Virus record (IMG/VR): IMGVR_UViG_3300025133_000026
DNA length: 64,000 nt
Direction: 5' to 3' (one strand)
Source: a virus
The notes below the pieces were generated by a model. It was not told the origin of the DNA and did no database searches. It saw only the letters and a program-made list of their open reading frames with translations. Positions 57,901-64,000 of this stretch are shown piece after piece (position 1 is the stretch's first letter; each line of letters opens with the position of its first letter). Position numbers and translations under genes: made by a program.

Positions 57901-58602
57901 GGCGATGAAGCAATTAATCTCGCTCAGCTTTTGTTTATTCCTGGTGCAAAAGGAAACAAGTGTAAGCAATTGGCTAGTCTTTCCAGACTGAATAAAAACA
58001 AACATGATCATTTGCCAATTCTGTTTACTGAGCGCCTTAAAGAAATTACAACAAAGGCAAGAATAAATATAAATGACGGAAGAGAGCTAGGGTTTCAAGT
58101 AAGAGACGGTCATAGAGTTACAAGATCTATTGGCTCTAAATTAGCAAGCTCCTTAAAGGACAAAGGATTACAAGCCATACTTAATGAACAGTTAAGGTGG
58201 GTGAACATTGTCAAGATTGAAAAACTGGACAAAGAACAAGTCTGGGATTTAACAATTGATGGAACTCATAACTTTATTGCCAATAATATTATTGTTCATA
58301 ACACCAGGGCCTTCAATTACCGAGCTAAGTGGATTGGACACATCTATAATGATATGCACGAACGACAGGAAGATTATGATACTTTTCATATCGACCCAAT
58401 GACGAAGAAACCAATGCCTCGCATCCTTTTACTCCACTCAAAAAATAAGATTAATGGTTTTAAAGAGATTACTGTTCACGACTTCTTTCCTCACCTTAGT
58501 ACTTTCAAATGGAAAGATGAAAGTGAGGCCAAACTAGAAGCCAAGAAATATCTAGAAGACCTTAAAGAAGAGGAAGAATATGATCAAGACGAAAATTGGT
58601 AG
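54895..58602 (+). CDS. DnaG-DnaB primase-helicase fusion, intein-containing
   Basis: CINPHH..CFGC Zn finger; Toprim VEGYTD and LDWDAAG; Walker A GEANAGKS; LDN Walker B. Confidence 0.92.
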   Translation: MKLSKAITELKLLLPQYLKDQDIVSSKSKKFACINPHHKDSTPSASLYPGSDYTEGRCFGCVTNFDIFTAAHWLEGMPQEGPEWVSTTVSTLCERYDIPLELEPLTDAQKASKAALAAFQEAARILTTHTVWSKDCEEYINKNKWKKEVLLHRGVGCLSREILTLEMSKKGYSAEYLRTLGLLGEHNCPFDGEQLVFTVYNHRGQALGFSYRTWDGKQKYVNPHMYGYGTESLKKGETLYGLDKARRCTDQPLILVEGYTDVLTLNHKGINNVAAICGTALTKEQILLLESVGFHSIVLALDWDAAGQIGIRRAIDLLMKESQDLDISIIGKTDKTEGLDPSDFVLQHGKKGWLALPNLSAFSWLLQDRLTGQTPKRKLAEDMVRIIALESSAITREEYTKELANTTGVSIHALDIEVGKQLNKRERQRNKIEKNIIERMALDLDKFPDHRISILSEAAGNIEKVRNDYESGKYSSRGVLSLLRTQKIKEESIDPSVGLGFKMNLMPQLAKCFEGGKDWASDTLMLLGGEANAGKSSLMSNIAFDIAHSNKDATVIYFSIDDSGRDILPKFLCNAHVSNLGRLPTSKFEELSIGAIINPGRWASMLPSKGHKERFFDFRQQAYNLIENLVKEDRFLIKDATDGATLEYMEAVIRFHRGKYPSRRIFCVLDNTHNLQDYGGKDMRERFSKIADTMNNICNKYSVCMLASVEYKKRSGGMRGGKLLPKNEDIAECMTGDSLVFTTQGLKRIDQIIPGNIVYTKDENNRIVTNKVLAKLDKGVQQVYKVMLKGGRTIKVTGNHPFFTEKYKWNKLSELSVGDFVALPSEIPQPKSCSNPINNDIARLLGYMAGDGCYALKSTPRFTNRDKGIIKDIKTIVQDRFKLGASERLHNGSLHLRFTNGRQGCKVKNPLTEYLKTLDIWGQTGMAKNIPTELYSQTNEVISHYISGLIATDGSIDTKKKTIRFFNKSNYLTQGLISLLSRLGIYSTLNNVKNGVNAVCISGDEAINLAQLLFIPGAKGNKCKQLASLSRLNKNKHDHLPILFTERLKEITTKARININDGRELGFQVRDGHRVTRSIGSKLASSLKDKGLQAILNEQLRWVNIVKIEKLDKEQVWDLTIDGTHNFIANNIIVHNTRAFNYRAKWIGHIYNDMHERQEDYDTFHIDPMTKKPMPRILLLHSKNKINGFKEITVHDFFPHLSTFKWKDESEAKLEAKKYLEDLKEEEEYDQDENW
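57091..58302 (+). mobile_element. Intein (Hint plus LAGLIDADG endonuclease), 404 aa
   Basis: CMTGDSLV; VTGNHP; LLGYMAGDG; ISGLIATDGS; VWDLTIDGTHNFIAN.IIVHN followed by +1 Thr. Confidence 0.93.
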
Positions 58603-59470
58603 CATGGCCTTGGGCATCATTGTAGGTATTATCCTAGCAATAGGACTTGCCTTTGGAGTTGCACGGCGGGCTAACGCCAGAATGATTATGCTTGATGATC
58701 AACTGACAGCAGAGAAACAGCTTTCTCAAGAAGTCTTGCGTACTAAAAACAAAGAAGTCTATAATCTTGAAAAACATATTAAAGATTTAGTAAAATCAAA
58801 TGATGGTTTGAAAGAAGATATCAAAGAACTCGAGGCCAATCCTGTTGTTGTGACGCATACAGAGGTCATCATTAAAGGGGAGACAACAGAAGAAACTGTG
58901 GACCACTTTCCTGAAGAGTGGGACTATCGAAATGCAAACAATCTTCTTGTTGCTTCTCACCTCTATAATGAGGATCTTTCTTCTTTCTCTGCAACTACTT
59001 ATGACTTAACAGTGAGTGTTCAAAACCTTATCGCAACGATACCAACAGGAGAATCAGTAACATACAGCACTGTTACTGTTACTTCTTCTGGTGATGATAG
59101 TAGTGTTCAGTTAGTACCAAAGTCAGTCGAAACCATTTATGAAGACCAAACACAATCTAGATGGCACTGGTGGGCGCCGCACATTGATGGCGGCATTAGT
59201 GCCACCCCCATGTCCTATGGACCAACTCTTGGTTTCTCTCCAACAGCAATAGGGAAGACTAAAGACGACAATACCATCAGGCTCTTTCATGTCAGAGGTG
59301 TTGTCACCAATGACGAAAACCTTCATGTCGGTTTTGACCCCGGCGGAATCCCTGTATTTAAACAAATAAATTTTATCCCATTAAATGACACATGGTTATG
59401 GGTAGGAGTAGACTACAATGTCAGAACTGGGGGAATTTTACCAGCAGCTGCTGTCACATCAACATTCTAG
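58580..59470 (+). CDS. Membrane-anchored coiled-coil plus beta-rich protein
   Basis: N-terminal TM, coiled coil, then beta-strand-like segments. Confidence 0.7.
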   Translation: MIKTKIGSMALGIIVGIILAIGLAFGVARRANARMIMLDDQLTAEKQLSQEVLRTKNKEVYNLEKHIKDLVKSNDGLKEDIKELEANPVVVTHTEVIIKGETTEETVDHFPEEWDYRNANNLLVASHLYNEDLSSFSATTYDLTVSVQNLIATIPTGESVTYSTVTVTSSGDDSSVQLVPKSVETIYEDQTQSRWHWWAPHIDGGISATPMSYGPTLGFSPTAIGKTKDDNTIRLFHVRGVVTNDENLHVGFDPGGIPVFKQINFIPLNDTWLWVGVDYNVRTGGILPAAAVTSTF

Positions 59471-59474
59471 TTCT

Positions 59475-59930
59475 TTGGAGTTTGATACAAACATTGAGGT
59501 CGATTTAATTCAAGCGTTGATCAGAAATGGATCAAACTACATTACAGAATCTATCATCCTAAAAAGGGGATCGATTACTCCCCTAATAAATTATTTTCTT
59601 GTTTGGCCTGAAACTCATTTATTTCAAAACCTTTATCAAGAAGAAAGATGCTTAATTATTCCAACACCAATTTGTAAAATTTACTCAGTAAAATCTCAAA
59701 GAGATGTGAAGTCAATATATCAAATGGGAAGGAGAACTCCTTTTTCTTTCTCTACAGGGATGACTCAAACTACTTTTAGTATGAGTATTTCTCAAGACCT
59801 AGCCAGACAACCATATATCATTGAAGTTCAAAACATTCTTTATCTCAAAACTCCTAGTAATGTTATAGATCTTTATAAAGATGATATATATAAACACATG
59901 ATGACTGGAGAGACCCATGCCAATCTTTGA
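59475..59930 (+). CDS. Hypothetical protein with the shared C-terminal motif
   Basis: TTG 59475; tail YKDDIYKHMMTGE. Confidence 0.65.
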   Translation: MEFDTNIEVDLIQALIRNGSNYITESIILKRGSITPLINYFLVWPETHLFQNLYQEERCLIIPTPICKIYSVKSQRDVKSIYQMGRRTPFSFSTGMTQTTFSMSISQDLARQPYIIEVQNILYLKTPSNVIDLYKDDIYKHMMTGETHANL

Positions 59931-60120
59931 ATACGAATGCCAGGAATGCAAACATAAGTTTGAACAACTTGTTCTTCCTCGAGATCTGAAGAATGAAAAC
60001 TTTAAAATCCAATGTCCACATGAGCACGAACACCAACTAGGCAAAGATTATGAAATCAGAAAACTTATCAGTCAACATGCACAGCATTTGTCTTGGAGCA
60101 AGTGGAGAGCAATAGATTAA
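59917..60120 (+). CDS. FmdB-type Zn-ribbon protein
   Basis: MPIFEYECQEC.H.FE.L...CP. Confidence 0.8.
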   Translation: MPIFEYECQECKHKFEQLVLPRDLKNENFKIQCPHEHEHQLGKDYEIRKLISQHAQHLSWSKWRAID

Positions 60121-60821
60121 TGCTTATTCACGGGCACGACCTTGATACATTCCAAAAGTGTCCACGACTACTAAGCTTCTCTAAGAAAGATCCCCAACCC
60201 TCACCACCACAGTTTAAAGATCTTTATCTTTATATGGCTAGGTGGATGTGGGCTGCAGAAGTGCAGCATGAATGCAAAACAACAGAGAAAAGACTTAAAG
60301 AAAAATGGGCACAGTTAGTTGTGACAGAAACTAATAAGAGAGTCAAGGCAGGCGCCACCTCCCTTAAGTCAACTCAAGAAGTAATTGCTATAGGATATCC
60401 AAGAGTAAAGGATATCTATGCTCATTATCTTAATTACAGCTTAGTCCCCATGGCAGGTACTATTCCTATAGTTTATAAACTTAATAAAGATTATAGATTA
60501 AAGGTTTATATAGATGCTATCGGAGTGAGTACAAATGGAAAAACAAAAGTTTTGTTGTATACAGAATCCAAGCACAACCAACACATACCCACAAGACTAA
60601 AGATTATTGCTCAGGCATTTGCAGCCAAAGAGACTTTGGGTATAAAAGAATTTGATGTATATAAGCTAACTCGTCGCGGCGACCAAACTGTTTACTCATT
60701 CAAACCTCAATCTAGACATAAACAATGGCTTTTAAATGCATGTCAACAAATAGAATCTAAAATAGATATTCCTATTCTTAATTGTCATCACAAGTGTCCT
60801 TATAAACAAAAATGCAAATAA
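60093..60821 (+). CDS. Cas4/RecB-like PD-(D/E)XK fold protein, probably catalytically degenerate
   Basis: FQKCPR; YIDAI; lacks (D/E)xK; C-terminal CHHKCPYKQKC. Confidence 0.6.
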   Translation: MEQVESNRLMLIHGHDLDTFQKCPRLLSFSKKDPQPSPPQFKDLYLYMARWMWAAEVQHECKTTEKRLKEKWAQLVVTETNKRVKAGATSLKSTQEVIAIGYPRVKDIYAHYLNYSLVPMAGTIPIVYKLNKDYRLKVYIDAIGVSTNGKTKVLLYTESKHNQHIPTRLKIIAQAFAAKETLGIKEFDVYKLTRRGDQTVYSFKPQSRHKQWLLNACQQIESKIDIPILNCHHKCPYKQKCK

Positions 60822-61087
60822 ACACCAACTTTAAAATATCCAATCCTAATCGAAAGGCTCTTCCTAAACATGCTCAACCACTAGGGAGGGAGATTTGGCA
60901 TATCTGTACAATCACTGGTGGTTTGAGAGAGTATGTTCTTCTACAAGACCGTATTAATCCGAAAGATATATGGCTAAACGAAGTAGATGGGATTAGCAAC
61001 GTTAAAGAAATAGAGGACGAGGAACTTTTTAAAGACCTATGGAAGTATTTATATGACTTGGGATTTATCACAGCAACAGCGATTTGA
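60812..61087 (+). CDS. Hypothetical protein
   Basis: Overlapping ORF. Confidence 0.65.
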   Translation: MQINTNFKISNPNRKALPKHAQPLGREIWHICTITGGLREYVLLQDRINPKDIWLNEVDGISNVKEIEDEELFKDLWKYLYDLGFITATAI

Positions 61088-62171
61088 CTTAATAGCAAAA
61101 GCGCTAGGTAGCCGAAAATTCGGCAAGATTCTTTCTCTTTACAGCACTATGTCTATTTGCGACCTTGCTGATAAATACCTTATTTCTCCGATGGCTGTAT
61201 ATCTTATATATGATATGAGTTTAGAAGCAGACACCCATATGTCTCATTGGACAAGCAAACAAGATAAACTATTAGAAAATTCATATCCCTATTACACATC
61301 TGCTCTAGAACACTCTCGTGAAGAGGGGCTTCAGCGAGCATTGCAACTGAAATTAATAAGCACAGGGTGGGATGTTCAAAACCTGAAATATCTAACTCAT
61401 TATAGAAATAGTAATTATTCTATTAAAACTTGCGCGGCATTTCTCCATAAAAATGTTTCTGATGTGCAAGCAAAAGCAAAAGAATTAGGGCTTCTTAAAA
61501 GATACACCCCAACGAAAATACAACTCTCTAATCTTAAGAAACTTATTGATGCCCAACCCCACTCTCTGAACATTTATGACTTAAGTTCTCTAACACAAAT
61601 TCCCCCAGAAACTATTTCTGCTGTGTGTTTTAATAAAAAATGGACTAATAAATTAGAGAGAACAAACTCAAAAGGATGTGCTCAACTTAAGCATATCTTG
61701 CAAAATATTTACCCAAATACTACCATTATTGAAGAGTATCAAGTCGGCGAAAAGCTGCGTCTAGACCTCTATATCCCTGATCTTAATATAGGTTTTGAAT
61801 ATGATGGAATTCAGCATTTTGAATTCACTCCAATGTTTCACAATTGTGTAGAAGACTTCTTAGAGGGAGTCCGTAAAGACACTCTTAAAGAAAAGCTGTG
61901 TACAAAACGTGGTATAACTTTAGTTAGGTTTTCCTACAAAGAAGTTTTAACCAAAGGTACTGTTACCAACAAGATCAAAGATATTGGTTATGGGACAGGT
62001 ATAATAGAAGATGCGTCTGTTCTTACTGCTAAAGAAAAGAAAGCACAAGAACAAAACAACTATAAGCACAGTCAGAAACAGAAACAAAAAGAATGGAGAA
62101 AGAAACAATATGAAAAGCTGCGCGAATTCAAAAAGAAAAAACGAGGTGTCGATGTCTCAAGCTCCAGCTGA
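61053..62171 (+). CDS. Myb/HTH-repeat protein with a DUF559/Vsr-like endonuclease domain
   Basis: WTSKQDKLL repeat-type region; LRLDLY.P..NIGFEYDGIQHF; KD..KE..C...GI.L.R..Y. Confidence 0.75.
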   Translation: MTWDLSQQQRFDLIAKALGSRKFGKILSLYSTMSICDLADKYLISPMAVYLIYDMSLEADTHMSHWTSKQDKLLENSYPYYTSALEHSREEGLQRALQLKLISTGWDVQNLKYLTHYRNSNYSIKTCAAFLHKNVSDVQAKAKELGLLKRYTPTKIQLSNLKKLIDAQPHSLNIYDLSSLTQIPPETISAVCFNKKWTNKLERTNSKGCAQLKHILQNIYPNTTIIEEYQVGEKLRLDLYIPDLNIGFEYDGIQHFEFTPMFHNCVEDFLEGVRKDTLKEKLCTKRGITLVRFSYKEVLTKGTVTNKIKDIGYGTGIIEDASVLTAKEKKAQEQNNYKHSQKQKQKEWRKKQYEKLREFKKKKRGVDVSSSS

Positions 62172-62718
62172 AGAGCCTACCCCTTTAATGTATGATCCAT
62201 TTTTAGCTGCTCGAACCATTAGAGTTTTTGGTGAAATAGATAGTGACGTAGCCCAAAGTGTCTTTGAACATATTTATATATTAGAGGTACTAGACCCCGA
62301 CGAACCCATTAAGCTTTATATCAACAGCCCAGGAGGAGATGTTTACGCTATGTTCGCGATTGTAGATACAATCAAAAGTACAACTTGTCCTGTATATACT
62401 ATCGGATCTGGACAAGTCATGAGTGCTGCAACTTTGATTTTAGCTGCTGGCACTCCTGGCCATCGCTCTCTTTTTCCAAACACTACCCTAATGCTCCACG
62501 AAGCATTTTCTGCTGTTTCAGGGAAGTTAACTGATATCACTATTCATCATAAAGAAACAACTAGATTACAAAAATTATATATAAAACTTCTTGAAAAATA
62601 CACAGGAACGGCTAAAGCCGATCTGGTGTCTTATATTCTTGGAAGTGATTACTACTTTAGCCCAACACAAGCTTTAAAGCTTGGTTTGGCTGATAAGATT
62701 ACAAAGAAATTAATTTAA
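62152..62718 (+). CDS. clpP: Second ClpP-like protease
   Basis: IKLYINSPGG, VMSAA, G.R...PN..LMLHE, DYYFSP.QAL.LGL.D. Confidence 0.9.
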   Translation: MSQAPAEEPTPLMYDPFLAARTIRVFGEIDSDVAQSVFEHIYILEVLDPDEPIKLYINSPGGDVYAMFAIVDTIKSTTCPVYTIGSGQVMSAATLILAAGTPGHRSLFPNTTLMLHEAFSAVSGKLTDITIHHKETTRLQKLYIKLLEKYTGTAKADLVSYILGSDYYFSPTQALKLGLADKITKKLI

Positions 62719-62722
62719 TATT

Positions 62723-63040
62723 ATGTCTGTAGACGATAGGCTTTTGAAAATCCAACATGATGTGGACGAGATAAAAAGAGTACAGACATACACTACTGCA
62801 CATCTAGACAATCTTTCAAGAGAATACAATAGAACTTCAGCTGCCTTAGAGAAAATGGCACAGATTCAACAAGACAAATCTAATGCTAAAAAAGAGGCTA
62901 TTAAAGAAATCTGGGCTGTTCTAAAGAAACCATTAACGATCTTTTTGTTAGCATGGGCAACTTCAATGAGTTATCTCTACTTTTCAAAAGGAGAAAGCCC
63001 TGCCCCTGAGGCAGTAGAGTATCACAACAAGGGGGACTAA
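62723..63040 (+). CDS. Coiled-coil protein with a C-terminal TM segment
   Basis: Heptads followed by LTIFLLAWATSMSYLYF. Confidence 0.6.
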   Translation: MSVDDRLLKIQHDVDEIKRVQTYTTAHLDNLSREYNRTSAALEKMAQIQQDKSNAKKEAIKEIWAVLKKPLTIFLLAWATSMSYLYFSKGESPAPEAVEYHNKGD

Positions 63041-63435
63041 TGTACACTTTTCTTTTAGCAGAAGACTATCACCCTGATATTCTTCTATTTAGAAAAGCCA
63101 TCAAGGAACTTGGATTGCCTGTTCGTTTGATAGAAGTGCGGAATGGCGAAGAAGCCTGGACTAAATTACAAACAGAGTCTATAGATTTAATTATCTCAGA
63201 TTTAAAAATGCCAGAGCTTGGTGGTGTAGACTTATTAAAAAGAATCAATCAAGACTCTAGGCTTAAAATGATTCCATTTATTATCTTTTCAAATTCAATC
63301 AATCCAGAAGATATACAGAAAGCTTATGAGCATTACGCAAATAGCTACTTACAAAAACCAGGCTTGTTTGAAGACTTGAAAGAACTCCTTGCTAAAGTTC
63401 ATGACTATTGGTTGAATACAAATGAGAGAATTTAG
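63040..63435 (+). CDS. Stand-alone response regulator receiver (Rcp1-like)
   Basis: LLAED, IISDLKMP (phosphoacceptor Asp), IP.IIFSNS, ANSYL.KP. Confidence 0.92.
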   Translation: MYTFLLAEDYHPDILLFRKAIKELGLPVRLIEVRNGEEAWTKLQTESIDLIISDLKMPELGGVDLLKRINQDSRLKMIPFIIFSNSINPEDIQKAYEHYANSYLQKPGLFEDLKELLAKVHDYWLNTNERI

Positions 63436-64000
63436 TGACCAAGAAACAATGCACAAAGTGCAAGGCCACGAAAACCTTACGTAGTTTTCATAAAGATGCC
63501 AATAAACCAGATGGCTATGCCTCTAACTGTAAACTTTGTCGAAAAAAGCACAAAGAAAAAGCTACAGCAGAAGGCAATGCATATCATCAGACACCTATAG
63601 CTAGATATAAATCATATCAAAGAGGTGCTAAACAAAGATCTTTAAAATGGGAATTAACAGAAGAGGAATTTCTTCAATTCTGGCAAAGACCTTGTTTCTA
63701 TTGTACGGCACAGATAAGCACAATTGGCCTTGATCGTTTAGATAATAATTTAGGCTACACGATGACAAATGTAGTGCCATGCTGCACATCATGCAACTTC
63801 TTAAAGGGTCCTCGTGGGGCTGATGATTTTATTTCAAAATGCTTCAAGATTGGACAGAATAAAATTCCTTACAAACTATTAACTAGCTTTACTGTTGACT
63901 CCAAGCCTATCTCTACAAACAAAGGTTATTTCATAGGAAATAAACGTATGTTTAAAACTAAAGAAGCAGTGCATTGGCAAGCGGCAATCAAAGAAGCCTG
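63435..64000 (+). CDS. His-Me finger (HNH-type) endonuclease with a probable RusA-like domain downstream (partial)
   Basis: GTG 63435; CTKC..CKLC; CFYC..GLDRLDNNLGY..NVVPCC..CN..KG; then FTVDSKPISTNKGY...KTKEA..WQ..I. The frame runs off the window. Confidence 0.75.
   Translation, partial: MTKKQCTKCKATKTLRSFHKDANKPDGYASNCKLCRKKHKEKATAEGNAYHQTPIARYKSYQRGAKQRSLKWELTEEEFLQFWQRPCFYCTAQISTIGLDRLDNNLGYTMTNVVPCCTSCNFLKGPRGADDFISKCFKIGQNKIPYKLLTSFTVDSKPISTNKGYFIGNKRMFKTKEAVHWQAAIKEA

Noticed and set aside
58580-63040. Spanin/holin calls for 58580..59470 and 62723..63040
   Set aside because: Topology is compatible, but there is no nested o-spanin lipoprotein or adjacent endolysin, so they are left as hypothetical.
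1-64000. CRISPR array or CRISPR-Cas system suggested by two Cas4-like genes
   Set aside because: No repeat-spacer array and no cas1/cas2 or effector genes were seen. Solo Cas4-like nucleases are common phage recombination proteins.
1-64000. tRNA or rRNA genes
   Set aside because: Intergenic gaps are short and no cloverleaf with a T-loop consensus was found by eye. A tRNAscan run would be needed to exclude them formally.
1-64000. Stop-codon reassignment (TAG or TGA read-through) as in some large phages
   Set aside because: Long conserved genes are uninterrupted in the standard code. TAG and TGA end genes exactly where the next gene begins (for example 36588, 63435, 42082).

Overview
This is a 64-kb segment of a large, AT-rich dsDNA bacteriophage genome. 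It is densely packed, and all but one credible gene lie on the + strand. No clear virion structural genes, tRNAs or CRISPR arrays were seen. Replication and recombination genes: DnaE-type Pol III alpha, a DnaG-DnaB primase-helicase fusion with an intein, RecA, RNase H, two Cas4-like nucleases and Holliday-junction-resolvase-like genes. Nucleotide metabolism genes: class II RNR, ThyX, dUTPase, IMPDH/GMPR and a Zn deaminase. Host-takeover and accessory genes: MoxR AAA+ with a vWA-metallopeptidase partner, a CX5R phosphatase beside a PEP-utiliser-like dikinase, Pth2, PhoH, a CCA/polyA-type nucleotidyltransferase, two ClpP, NifU-C, an orphan response regulator, heptose-pathway-like HldA/GmhB/HldC, SpoVG and a plant-type Whirly homologue. 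Exported acidic lipoproteins (vWA, two TlpA redoxins) tentatively suggest a Myxococcota-like host. The most striking unexplained pattern is a short helical motif near the C-terminus (approximately phi-x-x-phi-x-Y-[KRE]-x-phi-phi-x-[GDE]-K). It is shared by about 20 small hypothetical proteins across the window, including micro-ORFs that are little more than the motif. All calls come from motif recognition by eye; no database searches were run.
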